Assembly: GCA_040004585.1 (NCBI GenBank)
Contig: JBDUAP010000001.1
Location: 1-30,211, forward strand
DNA: 30,211 nucleotides
Reading direction: 5' to 3'
DNA from: Sporichthyaceae bacterium
GTDB lineage: Bacteria; Actinomycetota; Actinomycetes; JACCUZ01
A program made the position numbers and the translations under genes. Position 1 is the first letter of the stretch; every line of letters starts with the position of its first letter. The notes beneath the pieces were generated by a model. The model searched no databases and was not told where the DNA came from. It saw only the letters and a list, made by a program, of their open reading frames with translations. Below are positions 8,767 through 19,433 of this stretch, one piece after another.

Positions 8767-10908
8767 CTAGGCAGGCCCGCCGCCACGGACCGCGGCGGCC
8801 AGACCGGCTGCACGCGCCGATCCGACCATGTCCTCGAGCAGGACCGGCCGGCCCGAACCGTCAGCCAGCGGCAGCGCCCAGTTGGGGTACTCGTCGGAGG
8901 TCCCGGGCTGGTTGATCGCCCGGCGATCCCCGACGGCGTCGGTCAACGCGACGCCGAGCAGCCGGCTCGGGGTGGCGGCCAGAGCACGATGCAGCGCCTC
9001 CACCGTCTGCTGCTCGTCGGCACCGTCCGGGAGCCAGCCGCGGTCGCGAAGCAGGGCGAGCCACTGTTCGCGCTCCTCCTCGTCGACCCGGCGCTCCTCC
9101 TCCGGCGTACGGGTCAACAGGCCCAGGGACTCCCGGATCCGCACGTGCTCGCCGGTCAGGTAGCCGGCCGTCGGCGGCAGGTCGTGGGTGGTGACTGCGG
9201 CCAGGCACAGCTCACGCCAGCTCTCCGGCGGCAGCGGAAGCCCGTCGTGGTCGCGCTCGAACCACAGGATCGACGTGCCGAGCACGCCGCGCTCGGCAAG
9301 GTAGTCGCGGACCCACGGCTCGACCGTGCCGAGGTCCTCGCCAACGACTAGCGCACCCGAGCGCCACGCCTCCAAGACGAGGATCCCGATCAGAGCCTCG
9401 TGGTCGTAGCCGACGTACGTGCCTTGGTCCGGCGACGCGCCTTCCGGCACCCACCACAGCCGGAACAGCCCCGGCACGTGGTCCACCCGGATGCCTCCTG
9501 CGTGCCGCAGCACGGTGCGGAGCATGTCGCGGTACGGCCGGTACGCCGCCGCAGCCAGCTGATCAGGCCGCCACGGCGGCTGCGACCAGTCCTGGCCCTG
9601 CTGATTGAACGCGTCCGGCGGGGCGCCGACCGTGACCCCGGCAGCCATCACGTCCTGCAGCGCCCAGGTGTCTGCGCCGTGCGGATGAACGCCGACGGCC
9701 AGGTCGTGCACGATGCCGAGCGGCATGCCGGCGCCGGTGGCTTGTTCCTGCGCGGCGGCGAGCTGCTCGTCGGCCAGCCACTGCAGCCAGCAGTAGAATT
9801 CGATGCGGGAAGCGAGATCCACCCGCGCCGTGGCGACCGCCGGGGACGTCGGGTCGCGCAGCTCCTCCGGCCACGTCGCCCAGACGCCACCGTGCACCTC
9901 GGCCAGGGCGCACCAGGTGGCGAAGTCGATCAGGCCGGCGCCCTCCAGCTCGCGGAAGCGCTCGTACGTCGACTCCCGGTCGGGACTCCGCGGGACTGCG
10001 TGCACCAACCCCAGCGCCGTCCGCTTCGTGTCCCAGACCGTGTCCCGGTCCAACAGTGAGCCCGAGGTGTTCCACTGCCGCTGGGCCGCGGCGATCCGCT
10101 CGACCTGCCCGCGGGCCAGGTCGCCGAGTGCGGCGTACTCCTCGATCGCCTCCACCCGCAGGTAGAGCGGGCTGACGAAGCGCCGGGTGACGGGCAGGTA
10201 CGGCGAGGGCTCCAGCGGCGGGCTCGGGGACGGAGCGTGCAACGGGTTGACCAGCACGAACCCGGCACCGAGGTCGGTCGCGCTCCAGCGGGCCAGCTCC
10301 CGCAGGTCGGCGAGGTCGCCATGGTCCCATGAGGCGCGGGAGCGCAAGGCGTAGAGCTGGGTCATGAAGCCCCAGACCGGCCCGTCCGGCATCGACGGGG
10401 GCAGGCCGAGGAACGACGGCGTCACGACGACCGGGCAGCTGGCCACCCTGTCGCCACTGGTGGCGCGCAGCTCGTGCCAACCCAGCGGCAGGTCGGCAGC
10501 GACTTCGAAGGTCGCCTCACCGACGAGCGCACCGTCGATCGGCCGGGGATGCACGTATCGGTCGACCTGAGCGAGCTGGCGCGGCGACGAACCGTCCTCG
10601 GGTTGCACGCTCACCTGAACCGAGGCACCGTGCGGCACGTGCACGAAGACCTGCCTGGCCGTGCCGGACCGCGTCACGACACAGGACGGCACCATCAGCC
10701 GCCAGGGCGCCTCGTCGCGGGCGCGCAGGGCAGCGCGCACCTCGTCATCGGTGCCTGCCGCAACGCCGAGCGCCGCAAGGACCGCGGTCACCGTCGAGCT
10801 CGGTGCTCTGGTGTGCTGGCCGCGCCAGTCCCAGAACTCGGTGGCCACGCCGTAGGCGGCAGCCAGCTCGGCCAGCGCAGCGCTGAGGTCGTCGGTCACG
10901 CCCGCCAT
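8767..10908 (-). CDS. malQ: 4-alpha-glucanotransferase (amylomaltase, GH77)
   Basis: WGFMTQLYALRS, NPLHA, SPYLPVTRRF, HDLAVG, GAPPD, QDWSQPPW, RVDH, GEDLG, TTHD, NQPGT..EYPNW. Confidence 0.95.
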   Translation of the reverse strand: MAGVTDDLSAALAELAAAYGVATEFWDWRGQHTRAPSSTVTAVLAALGVAAGTDDEVRAALRARDEAPWRLMVPSCVVTRSGTARQVFVHVPHGASVQVSVQPEDGSSPRQLAQVDRYVHPRPIDGALVGEATFEVAADLPLGWHELRATSGDRVASCPVVVTPSFLGLPPSMPDGPVWGFMTQLYALRSRASWDHGDLADLRELARWSATDLGAGFVLVNPLHAPSPSPPLEPSPYLPVTRRFVSPLYLRVEAIEEYAALGDLARGQVERIAAAQRQWNTSGSLLDRDTVWDTKRTALGLVHAVPRSPDRESTYERFRELEGAGLIDFATWCALAEVHGGVWATWPEELRDPTSPAVATARVDLASRIEFYCWLQWLADEQLAAAQEQATGAGMPLGIVHDLAVGVHPHGADTWALQDVMAAGVTVGAPPDAFNQQGQDWSQPPWRPDQLAAAAYRPYRDMLRTVLRHAGGIRVDHVPGLFRLWWVPEGASPDQGTYVGYDHEALIGILVLEAWRSGALVVGEDLGTVEPWVRDYLAERGVLGTSILWFERDHDGLPLPPESWRELCLAAVTTHDLPPTAGYLTGEHVRIRESLGLLTRTPEEERRVDEEEREQWLALLRDRGWLPDGADEQQTVEALHRALAATPSRLLGVALTDAVGDRRAINQPGTSDEYPNWALPLADGSGRPVLLEDMVGSARAAGLAAAVRGGGPA

Positions 10909-10953
10909 CCTTCACTGCCCGCTTGGTCCCCAACCCCGGCGGGCGGCAGGCGC

Positions 10954-11472
10954 TCAGGCAGTCGCGACCGACAGGCCTCCGCCGTACGCCGACAGGTAGG
11001 GCGCCCACTGGGGGTCCGACCGTCCGGTGCTGAGGATGCGCCACGCGGTGCCGGTCGGCTCGCGGGGCGGCTGCATCCGCCAGCCGAGGTCGGAGACGGT
11101 GCGGTCTGCCTTGACGTGATTGCAGCGGCGGCAGGCCGACACGACGTTGCCCCACTCGTGGCGACCGCCCCGGCTGCGCGGGACGACATGGTCGATGCTC
11201 GTCGCAACACCGCCGCAGTAGACGCAGCGACCACCGTCGCGGGCGAAGACGGCCCGGCGGGTGAGGGGCACCGGCCCGCGATAGGGGATGCGCACGAACC
11301 GCGTCAAGCGAACGACTGACGGTGCGGCGAAGGACAGGGCGGCGCTGTGCATCACCAGGTCAGAGTCCTCAACCGCGATCGCCTTGTGCTTGATGACGAG
11401 CAGCAGGGCACGACGCGCAGGCACGACGCAGAGCGGTTCGTACGTCGCGTTGAGCACCAGAGCATGACCCAC
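10954..11472 (-). CDS. HNH endonuclease (Rv2469c-like)
   Basis: LVLNATYEPL, CVYCG, IDHVVPRSRGG..WGNVVSACRRCNHVK; SD GGGAGG 5 nt upstream. Confidence 0.9.
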   Translation of the reverse strand: MGHALVLNATYEPLCVVPARRALLLVIKHKAIAVEDSDLVMHSAALSFAAPSVVRLTRFVRIPYRGPVPLTRRAVFARDGGRCVYCGGVATSIDHVVPRSRGGRHEWGNVVSACRRCNHVKADRTVSDLGWRMQPPREPTGTAWRILSTGRSDPQWAPYLSAYGGGLSVATA

Positions 11473-11491
11473 GTGCGCCTCCCGGCAACGG

Positions 11492-11514
11492 CCCGGTACG
11501 TGGCTCGTACCGGG
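11492..11514. repeat. Perfect 9-bp inverted repeat in the HNH/POP divergent intergenic region
   Basis: CCCGGTACG-tggct-CGTACCGGG; a second palindrome TGACA-ag-TGTCA lies at 11522-11533. Confidence 0.6.
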
Positions 11515-11594
11515 TCGGCTATGACAAGTGTCACCCGAGCGACCCCCGCACCGCCAGCACGAAACTCTGACTGCCTCGTTCTAGTGTGTCCGGC

Positions 11595-13682
11595 ATGAGC
11601 CATCCGGACTATCCCGCCGCGCCCCGCGAAGACCAGGTGGAGCAGCTGCACGGACACCGGGTGAGCGATCCCTATCGCTGGCTCGAGGATGCGACGGCAC
11701 CCGCCACGCAGGCGTGGTCCGCGGCCCAAGACGCGCTCGCCGACGCCAGCCTCGGCGAGCTGCGCGGCCGGAACCGCCTGCAGCGACGGCTGACAGAGCT
11801 GCTGAGTGCGGGCGTCATCGGCGGCCCTTCCTGGCGGCGGGACCGGCAGTTCTTCATGCGCCGCACCGCCGACCAGGAGCATGCGGTGCTGCTCACCGTC
11901 GACCCCGACGGCACGGAACGGACGCTTCTCGACCCGGTCGCTCTCGACCCCTCCGGCACGACCACGCTGGATGCCTGGCAGCCATCGAAGGAAGGCGACC
12001 TGCTGGCCTACCAGCTCTCGGCAGGAGGGACCGAGGAGTCCGACCTGTTCGTCATGGACGTCGCTACGGGGGTGCTGGTGGAGGGGCCGATCGACCGCAC
12101 CCGCTACTCCCCCGTGGCCTGGCTCCCCGGCGCGGAAGCCTTCTACTACGTCCGACGCGTCGCACCCGACGGCCTTCCTGCCGACGAGCAACAGTTCCAT
12201 CGCAGGGTATGGCTGCATCGCGTCGGCACCGACCCGGAGCAGGACGCACTGGTTTTCGGCGACGGGCTGGACAAGACCAACTACTACGGCGTCAGCGTCT
12301 CGATGGACGGTCGATGGCTGTCCATCGGTGCGTCGGCGGGCACGGCACCGCGCAACGACCTCTGGCTCGCCGACCTCTCGCTCTCGGCGCCGGCCGCGCC
12401 GCGGCTCGAGGTCGTGCAGCAGGGGGTCGACGCCAGCACGTCGCTGCACGTGGGCCGCGACGGCCGCGCCTACCTGTTCACCGACCGGGACGCCCCGCGC
12501 GGCCGGCTGGCCGTGACGACACCGGACGACACGGCGTACGACGCCTGGACGGACCTCGTCCCCGAGGACACCGAGGCGGTGCTCGAGGGCTACGCCATCC
12601 TCGACGGCCCCGAGCTGGCCGACCCGGTGCTGCTGTGCTCGTGGACCCGCCATGCCATGAGCGAGGTCACCGTGCACGACCTGCGCACCGGGCGACGGAC
12701 CGGGTCCGTGCCGTTGCCGGGCCTCGGGTCGGTTGGCGGGCTGTCCGAGCGGCCCGAGGGTGGTCACGAGGCCTGGCTCGGCTACACCGACCACGTCACA
12801 CCGTCCTCGGTCTACCGCTACGACGCGACGAGCGGCGAGACGTCGCTGTGGGCTACTGCTCCGGGGAGCGTCAAGGTGCCCGAGGTGCACGCCCGCCAGA
12901 TCGAGTACACGTCGGCGGACGGGACCACCGTGCGGATGGTGCTGGTGGCTCCGACCAAGGAGCCCGACCACCCGCGGCCGGCGGTCCTCTACGGCTACGG
13001 CGGGTTCGGCGTGCCGCTCACGCCGGGCTACTCCGCCGGACTGCTGGCATGGGTCGAGGCGGGCGGCGTCTACGCCGTGGCCAACCTGCGCGGCGGGTCG
13101 GAGGAGGGCGAGGACTGGCACCGGGCCGGCATGCGCGAGCGCAAGCAGAACGTTTTCGACGACTTCCATGCGGCGGCGGAACGGCTGATCGCCGACGGCT
13201 GGACCACGCCGGGTCAGCTGTCGATCTCCGGCGGTTCGAACGGCGGGTTGCTGGTGGGAGCGGCGATGACCCAGCGCCCCGAGTTGCTCTCCGCCGTCGT
13301 GTGTTCGGCGCCGCTGCTCGACATGGTGCGCTACGAGCAGTTCGGGCTCGGCGAGACCTGGTCCGACGAGTACGGCACCGCGGAAGACGCCGAGGAACTC
13401 GACTGGCTGCTGTCGTACTCGCCGTACCACCACGTGCGCGAGGGTGTCGACTACCCGGCGACACTGTTCACCGTCTTCGACGGCGACACCCGCGTCGACC
13501 CGTTGCACGCCCGCAAGATGGCCGCCGCCCTGCAGCACGCGACCAGCGGTGACCGGCCGATCCTGCTGCGCCGGGAGAAGGACGTCGGCCACGGGGCACG
13601 CGCGCTGAGCCGCACCATCGCGCTCAGCGTGGACACCCTGGCCTTCGCGGCGAAGTGGACCGGTCTGGAGCTCGACGAGTGA
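11595..13682 (+). CDS. Prolyl oligopeptidase (S9A)
   Basis: DPYRWLED, beta-propeller region, YGYGGF, GGSNGG (Ser), DTRVDP (Asp), VGHG (His). TAGTGT (11582-11587) lies 7 nt before ATG 11595. Confidence 0.93.
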   Translation: MSHPDYPAAPREDQVEQLHGHRVSDPYRWLEDATAPATQAWSAAQDALADASLGELRGRNRLQRRLTELLSAGVIGGPSWRRDRQFFMRRTADQEHAVLLTVDPDGTERTLLDPVALDPSGTTTLDAWQPSKEGDLLAYQLSAGGTEESDLFVMDVATGVLVEGPIDRTRYSPVAWLPGAEAFYYVRRVAPDGLPADEQQFHRRVWLHRVGTDPEQDALVFGDGLDKTNYYGVSVSMDGRWLSIGASAGTAPRNDLWLADLSLSAPAAPRLEVVQQGVDASTSLHVGRDGRAYLFTDRDAPRGRLAVTTPDDTAYDAWTDLVPEDTEAVLEGYAILDGPELADPVLLCSWTRHAMSEVTVHDLRTGRRTGSVPLPGLGSVGGLSERPEGGHEAWLGYTDHVTPSSVYRYDATSGETSLWATAPGSVKVPEVHARQIEYTSADGTTVRMVLVAPTKEPDHPRPAVLYGYGGFGVPLTPGYSAGLLAWVEAGGVYAVANLRGGSEEGEDWHRAGMRERKQNVFDDFHAAAERLIADGWTTPGQLSISGGSNGGLLVGAAMTQRPELLSAVVCSAPLLDMVRYEQFGLGETWSDEYGTAEDAEELDWLLSYSPYHHVREGVDYPATLFTVFDGDTRVDPLHARKMAAALQHATSGDRPILLRREKDVGHGARALSRTIALSVDTLAFAAKWTGLELDE

Positions 13683-14590
13683 GCCTGACCCGCGAGGACG
13701 TCGTGGACTACCTGGTCGGTGCGCCGCTGCGCATCGTCGCGATCCTGCTCGGCGCCGTGGTGATCCGCTGGCTGGTGCACCGCGCCATCACGCGGGTGAT
13801 GAAGCGCACCATCGACTCACGGCTGCGGGAGCGGCTGGCCGAGCGACGGCACGGGCACGTGCTGGTGGAGGCCTCCGGCGTGCTGGCGTCGGAGCGCCGG
13901 CGGCAGCGGGCCGAGACGATCGGGTCAGTGCTACGCAGCATCGCCTCGTTCGTCATCTTCGGACTGGCCTTCGTCACGGCGCTTGCCGAGCTCGGGATCG
14001 CGCTGGGGCCGATCCTCGCCAGCGCAGGTGTCGCCGGAGTGGCACTCGGGTTCGGCGCGCAAAGCCTGGTGCGCGACTTCCTGTCCGGGATCTTCATGAT
14101 CCTCGAGGACCAGTACGGCGTGGGCGACCTGATCGACACCGGCGAGGCCGTCGGCACGGTCGAGGAGGTCAGCCTCCGGGTCACGCGGCTGCGCGACTCC
14201 AGCGGGATGGTCTGGTACGTCCGCAACGGCGAGATCCTGCGGGTCGGCAACCACAGCCAGGGGTGGTCGACGGCCCTGGTGGATGTGAGCATCGCCTACA
14301 ACCAGGACATCCCCACGGTCCTGGAGGTGATCCGTGCGACCGCGAATGAGCTGGCCGAGGACGAGGCATGGCGGGACAGGATCCTGGAGGACCCCGTCGT
14401 CGCCGGAGTCGAGTCGGTCACCGGCGCGGCCGTGACGATCCGGGTCATCGTGAAGTGCACGCCGAACGATCACTTCGCCGTTCAGCGAGAGCTGCGCGAG
14501 CGGATCAAAGAGGCCTTCGACCGCGAGGACATCCAGGTGCCCCTGCCGCCGGCCCCGGCTCCGCCGGCCGCGCCCAGCGGAGCGACCTAG
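13679..14590 (+). CDS. Small-conductance mechanosensitive channel (MscS family)
   Basis: GTGA overlap with the upstream stop; ALGFGAQSLVRDFLSG, EDQYGVGD, GTVEEVSLRVTRLRD, NGEI. Confidence 0.92.
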   Translation: MSLTREDVVDYLVGAPLRIVAILLGAVVIRWLVHRAITRVMKRTIDSRLRERLAERRHGHVLVEASGVLASERRRQRAETIGSVLRSIASFVIFGLAFVTALAELGIALGPILASAGVAGVALGFGAQSLVRDFLSGIFMILEDQYGVGDLIDTGEAVGTVEEVSLRVTRLRDSSGMVWYVRNGEILRVGNHSQGWSTALVDVSIAYNQDIPTVLEVIRATANELAEDEAWRDRILEDPVVAGVESVTGAAVTIRVIVKCTPNDHFAVQRELRERIKEAFDREDIQVPLPPAPAPPAAPSGAT

Positions 14591-14596
14591 GCCGGG

Positions 14597-15022
14597 TCAG
14601 GCCAGCGCGGCGTCCAGCGTGATCGTGGTGCCCGTCAATGCCCCACTGACCGGGCAGCCCTTCTTGGCTGTCTCGGCAATCTCGGCGAACTCCTCGGCCG
14701 TGATCCCCGGCACCGACGCGCGGGTCGTGAGGTGGCTGCCCGTGATCCCCTCCCCGGGCTGGAAGGTGACGTCCGCCTTCGTGTCGATGGACTCGACGGT
14801 GTGACCGGCCTTCGTCAGCTCGTTCGAGAAGGCCATCGAGAAGCAGGAGGAGTGCGCCGCGGCGATGAGCTCCTCGGGGCTGGTCATCCCGTTCGGCTCC
14901 TCGGTGCGGGCCGGCCAGCTCACGTCGTACGTGCCGATCCCGGACGAGTCCAGGGAAACCGTGCCCTTGCCCTCCTTGAGCGAGCCCTCCCAGTGCGCGT
15001 TGGCGGTGCGGGTGGTAGCCAT
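14597..15022 (-). CDS. osmC: OsmC-family peroxiredoxin
   Basis: [36 protein letters not shown]; SD GGAGG. Confidence 0.93.
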   Translation of the reverse strand: MATTRTANAHWEGSLKEGKGTVSLDSSGIGTYDVSWPARTEEPNGMTSPEELIAAAHSSCFSMAFSNELTKAGHTVESIDTKADVTFQPGEGITGSHLTTRASVPGITAEEFAEIAETAKKGCPVSGALTGTTITLDAALA

Positions 15023-15105
15023 GCTGCCTCCATTGGGTGATCGGGGGTGACCGGCGGGTCGTGGACTTTTCTGCCCTGCTCCTAGTGTCTGACAGCATTG
15101 ACCTC

Positions 15106-15504
15106 ATGAATATTCCGGTGACGCCCAGGGAGGCGGACAGCTTCTACGACGCGGTGGGCGGCGAGGAGACCTTCCGGCTTCTTGTCCACCGCTTCTACGC
15201 CGGTGTGGCTGATGACCCGGTGCTGCGCCCGCTGTATCCGGATCCCGACCTGGCCGGAGCGGAGGAGCGGCTGCGGATGTTCCTGGTGCAGTACTGGGGC
15301 GGGCCCCGGACGTACTCCGAGCAACGCGGCCACCCGCGGCTGCGGATGCGGCACGTGACGTTCCGGATCGGACCCCGCGAGCGGGACGCGTGGCTGTCCC
15401 AGATGCACACGGCCATGGACTCCATCGAGTTGACCGAGTCCCAGCACAGCACGCTGTGGGACTACCTCGTGATGGCCGCGCAGAGCCTGGTCAACGTCGC
15501 GTGA
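15106..15504 (+). CDS. glbO: Group II truncated hemoglobin
   Basis: [41 protein letters not shown]. Confidence 0.92.
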   Translation: MNIPVTPREADSFYDAVGGEETFRLLVHRFYAGVADDPVLRPLYPDPDLAGAEERLRMFLVQYWGGPRTYSEQRGHPRLRMRHVTFRIGPRERDAWLSQMHTAMDSIELTESQHSTLWDYLVMAAQSLVNVA

Positions 15505-17147
15505 GTGCACGCCCGCACTGGTGGCGCGAGGCCGTCATCTACCAGGTCTACATCCGCAGCTTTGCCGACGGCGGCGGCGACGGCATTGGCGACCTGGCCG
15601 GCATCCGGTCCCGGCTGCCCTACCTGCGCGACCTCGGCGTGGACGCGATCTGGATCACCCCGTTCTACCCGTCACCGATGGCAGACGGCGGCTACGACGT
15701 CGCCGACTACCGCGACATCGAGCCGCTCTTCGGGACACTCGCCGAGGCCGACGAGATGATCAGCGAGGCACACGAGCTGGGCCTGCGGGTGATCATCGAC
15801 ATCGTGCCGAACCACTCCTCGGACCAGCACCCCTGGTTCCAGGCGGCATTGGCCGCAGGGCCCGGCAGCCCCGAGCAGTCCCGCTACTGGTTCCGGTCCG
15901 GCCGCGGACCCGACGGGTCGCTGCCGCCGACCGACTGGCAGGCCACGTTCGGTGGCTCGGCCTGGACGCAGGTGCCCGGCGGCGAGTGGTACCTGCACCT
16001 GTTCGCACCGGAACAGCCAGACTTCAACTGGGACAACCCCGAGGTGGTTGCGGAGTTCGAGGACGTCCTGCGCTTCTGGCTGGATCGCGGTGTCGACGGC
16101 TTTCGCATCGATGTCGCCAACGCGCTGAAGAAGGACACCTCGTTCCCCGACGTCGGCGGCGAGGAGGAAGCGATCCTCGTTCCTCACGAAGGACCGCATC
16201 ATCCCGTCTGGGACCGTGACGACGTGCACGAGATCTACCGCGGCTGGCGCGAGGTCGCCGACTCCTACGACGGCGACCGCGCGTTCGTGGCCGAGGCCTG
16301 GGTGGACTCACCGGACCGGTTGGCTCACTACACCCGCCCCGACCAGCTGCACACGGCATTCAACTTCAACTTCCTCCGCGCCCCCTGGGAGCCGGACGAG
16401 CTGCGCGACACGATCGACGTGAGCATCGACGCCGCCAGCTCGGTAGGCGCGCCCTCCACCTGGGTGCTGTCCAACCACGACGTCACCCGGCACGCCACCC
16501 GCTACGCCCGACTGGACTCCACCGCCGGTGGGGTATCCGACGAGGCGAGGGTCCGGCCGGACACCCCGCTGGACCCACCCCTCGGCCTGCGCCGGGCCCG
16601 GGCCGCGGCGCTGCTGATGCTCGCGCTGCCCGGGTCGGCCTACATCTACCAGGGCGAGGAGCTCGGGCTGCCCGAGGTCGTCGACCTGCCCGAGAAGGTT
16701 CTCGCGGACCCCATCTGGGAGCGCTCCGGCCACACGGTCCGCGGCCGCGACGGCTGCCGGGTCCCGATCCCGTGGGCGCGCACCGGTCCGTCGCTGGGGT
16801 TCGGTGCGGGCCAGCCGTGGTTGCCCCAACCGGCCGACTGGGCGGAGAAGTCGAAGGAGGCCCAGGACGGGGTCGACGGTTCCGTCCTCGAGCTCTACCG
16901 CGCTGCCTTGCAGCTGCGCCACACGGAGCCGGCGCTCGGCGACGGTGCCCTCAGGTGGCTCAACTCGCACCCGGATGTGCTCGTCTTCGAACGACCGGGA
17001 GAAGGTCCGCGGTTCGTCTGCGCGGTCAACTTCGGCGCAGAACCTGCGCCGCTCCCGCCGTACGACGAGGTGCTGCTGTCCAGCGGACCGCTGGACGAGG
17101 GAGGCCGGCTGCCCACGGATACCGCAGTCTGGCTGCGAGTGCGCTGA
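15501..17147 (+). CDS. GH13 alpha-glucosidase
   Basis: GTGA overlap with glbO stop; [50 protein letters not shown]. Confidence 0.93.
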   Translation: MSARPHWWREAVIYQVYIRSFADGGGDGIGDLAGIRSRLPYLRDLGVDAIWITPFYPSPMADGGYDVADYRDIEPLFGTLAEADEMISEAHELGLRVIIDIVPNHSSDQHPWFQAALAAGPGSPEQSRYWFRSGRGPDGSLPPTDWQATFGGSAWTQVPGGEWYLHLFAPEQPDFNWDNPEVVAEFEDVLRFWLDRGVDGFRIDVANALKKDTSFPDVGGEEEAILVPHEGPHHPVWDRDDVHEIYRGWREVADSYDGDRAFVAEAWVDSPDRLAHYTRPDQLHTAFNFNFLRAPWEPDELRDTIDVSIDAASSVGAPSTWVLSNHDVTRHATRYARLDSTAGGVSDEARVRPDTPLDPPLGLRRARAAALLMLALPGSAYIYQGEELGLPEVVDLPEKVLADPIWERSGHTVRGRDGCRVPIPWARTGPSLGFGAGQPWLPQPADWAEKSKEAQDGVDGSVLELYRAALQLRHTEPALGDGALRWLNSHPDVLVFERPGEGPRFVCAVNFGAEPAPLPPYDEVLLSSGPLDEGGRLPTDTAVWLRVR

Positions 17148-17185
17148 CTTCAGGGTGGTCCTGAAATCCATGCAATCCGAGCGAT

Positions 17186-17210
17186 GAGACTGACGGCTGT
17201 CGGCAGTCTC
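17186..17210. promoter_or_regulatory. Inverted repeat upstream of MMPL gene (operator or terminator)
   Basis: GAGACTG-N11-CAGTCTC, just before a TAGCGT -10-like hexamer. Confidence 0.35.
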
Positions 17211-17251
17211 CTCTAGCGTTCGGGCTGACGCACATTCCCTGGGGAGTTCCG

Positions 17252-19420
17252 ATGGTTCGTCTTGCCGAGTTCGTCCTGCGCCACCGCCGCCTCGTGATGG
17301 GGTTCTGGCTGGTGCTGTTCCTCGTCGGCGGCTACTCCGCCAGCAAGGTCACCGACCGGCTCACCGTCGACTTCTCCCTGCCGGGGCAGCCGGGCTACGA
17401 GACCGAGACGCAGCTGCTCGCGAAGTTCCACAACGGCGGATCGAACCCACCCACGATCGCGGTCGTGACGGTGCCCGAAGGCACCACCGTCAAGGAGCAG
17501 CTCGCCAAGATCACGCCGGTCTTCGACCAGGTTCATGCGGCGCTGCCCGGCACCCGGATGGTCGACTATGCAATGACCCAGGACCAGGTCTTCCTGACCA
17601 AGGACGGCCGCACCACCTTTGCGTTGGTCTACCCGAAGCCGTTCGAGAGCTTCACCGATGTCGGACCCGACGTCGCGATGAAGCCGATCCTGGCGAAGGC
17701 CAGCCAAGACACCGGCTTTGACTTCGGCGTGACGGGCTACAACTTGTTGGCTCAGGGCAGCGACAACCCCGAGGCACCGAGCCTGCTGGCCGAGACCCTG
17801 CTCGGCGGTCTCGGCGCGCTGGCGGTGCTGCTGTTCCTGTTCGCGTCGTTCTTGTCGCTCGTGCCGCTGCTCATCGCCGCGGTCTCGATCCTCACGACGT
17901 TCGCGATCGTGCTGCTGGGCACCTACGTCACCGACATCAGCTTCGTGGTGCAGTTCCTCATCGCGCTGGTCGGGCTCGGCGTCGCCGTCGACTACTCCCT
18001 GCTCGTCGTCAACCGCTGGCGTGAGGAGCGGGCACACGGTCGGGACAACCACGACGCGGTGGTCGTCGCGATGCAATACGCCGGTCACGCGGTGGTCGCG
18101 AGCGCCGGCACGGTGGCCATCAGCCTGTGCGCTCTGCTGGTGATCCCGGTGCCGCTGCTGCGCAGCATGGGCATCGGCGGCATGCTCATCCCGCTCGTCA
18201 GCACCGCGGTATGCCTGACGCTGCTGCCGGCCATGCTGGGCGGCATCGGCCCGCGGGTCGACTGGCCGCGGATCAGGCACGAGGAGAAGCCATCCCGGGG
18301 CTGGAGCGCCTGGGCCCGACTGATCGTGCGCTGGCGCTGGGTCGCCGCCGGGATCGCGCTGATCCTGCTGGGTGCCCTGGTCATCCCGATCTTCGGCATC
18401 AAGATCGGGCAGGCACAGACCAGCTCGCTCGCCAGCGGCGGCCCGGCCTACGAGAAGCTGCAGCTTCTGCAGGACGGTGGCGTGCCCGGCGGCATCGTCT
18501 CCCCCATGGAGGTGCTGGTGGAAGGGCCTCAGTCGGGCACGTCCGCCGACCAGGTGGCCGCAAAAGCCCGCGAGGTCGACCAGGTCGCTGCGGCCTTCGC
18601 GCCCAACAACGACCAGTGGCGCACGGGAGGCGCCGCCCTGGCCGAGGTCATCCCCACCGAGGAGACGGTCGACTCGACCAAGGCCCACGTGGTCGACGAC
18701 GTGCACGCCGCGATCGACGGCATCCCGGGCGTGGTGGGCATCGTCGGCGTCGGGCCTACGGTGATCGACTACATCAACGCGGTCTACAAGAAGTTCCCCT
18801 ACAGCCTCGGGTTGATCGCGCTGGTGACCTTCGTGCTGCTGGTGCGGACCTTCCGGTCGATCCTGCTGCCGGTGAAGGCAGTCCTGCTCAACATCATCTC
18901 GGTCAGCGCCACGTTCGGCGCGACCGTGCTGTTCTGGCAGGAGGGCCATGGCTCGCAGCAGGTCTTCGGCATCGCACCCACCGGCGCGGTGACCTTCTGG
19001 GTGCCGGTGCTGATCTTCGCGTTTTTGTTCGGCCTGTCGATGGACTATGAGGTCTTCATCCTGGCCCGGATGCGGGAGGAATACGACAAGACCGGCGACA
19101 CGGACCAGGCAGTGGTCGCCGGGCTGGCCCGCACCGGTCGGCTGGTCACCGGCGCCGCGATGATCCTGTTCCTGTCGTTCCTCGCCCTGTCGTCGTCGCC
19201 CGGCACGGACATCAAGGTGTTCGCTACGGCCCTCGGCATCGGCATCCTGCTCGACGCGACCGTTGTGCGGGCGCTCCTGGTGCCGGCTCTGGTTTCCCTG
19301 TTCGGGCGGTGGAACTGGTGGCTGCCGTCCTGGGCAGCGAAGCCATTGCGGGTCCAGCCGCACGCCGCCATCCCGGAGCCGCGCAGGCCGGACCGCGACT
19401 TGGTCGGCGCCGACGACTGA
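17252..19420 (+). CDS. MMPL-family (RND superfamily) transporter
   Basis: Two-fold repeat of a TM bundle with Asp-Tyr pairs (GVAVDYSLL, GLSMDYEVF), RWREE, LLDATVVR.LLVPA, GRWNWWLP. Confidence 0.93.
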   Translation: MVRLAEFVLRHRRLVMGFWLVLFLVGGYSASKVTDRLTVDFSLPGQPGYETETQLLAKFHNGGSNPPTIAVVTVPEGTTVKEQLAKITPVFDQVHAALPGTRMVDYAMTQDQVFLTKDGRTTFALVYPKPFESFTDVGPDVAMKPILAKASQDTGFDFGVTGYNLLAQGSDNPEAPSLLAETLLGGLGALAVLLFLFASFLSLVPLLIAAVSILTTFAIVLLGTYVTDISFVVQFLIALVGLGVAVDYSLLVVNRWREERAHGRDNHDAVVVAMQYAGHAVVASAGTVAISLCALLVIPVPLLRSMGIGGMLIPLVSTAVCLTLLPAMLGGIGPRVDWPRIRHEEKPSRGWSAWARLIVRWRWVAAGIALILLGALVIPIFGIKIGQAQTSSLASGGPAYEKLQLLQDGGVPGGIVSPMEVLVEGPQSGTSADQVAAKAREVDQVAAAFAPNNDQWRTGGAALAEVIPTEETVDSTKAHVVDDVHAAIDGIPGVVGIVGVGPTVIDYINAVYKKFPYSLGLIALVTFVLLVRTFRSILLPVKAVLLNIISVSATFGATVLFWQEGHGSQQVFGIAPTGAVTFWVPVLIFAFLFGLSMDYEVFILARMREEYDKTGDTDQAVVAGLARTGRLVTGAAMILFLSFLALSSSPGTDIKVFATALGIGILLDATVVRALLVPALVSLFGRWNWWLPSWAAKPLRVQPHAAIPEPRRPDRDLVGADD

Positions 19421-19433
19421 CCTGTCGGGCGAG

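Noticed and set aside
10954-11472. HNH gene as a homing endonuclease, mobile element or defence nuclease
   Set aside because: Small stand-alone HNH in its usual conserved position; no intron, IS ends, methyltransferase or cas genes.
11595-13682. Prolyl oligopeptidase as the maturation enzyme of the repeat protein
   Set aside because: More than 12 kb away, coupled to MscS within the housekeeping block; no evidence of linkage.
17213-19363. 716-aa antisense ORF over the MMPL gene (similarly 19804-22914 +, 11352-13592 -, 25982-28087 +, 28164-29051 +)
   Set aside because: Shadow ORFs expected in high-GC DNA opposite well-supported genes; no recognisable motifs.
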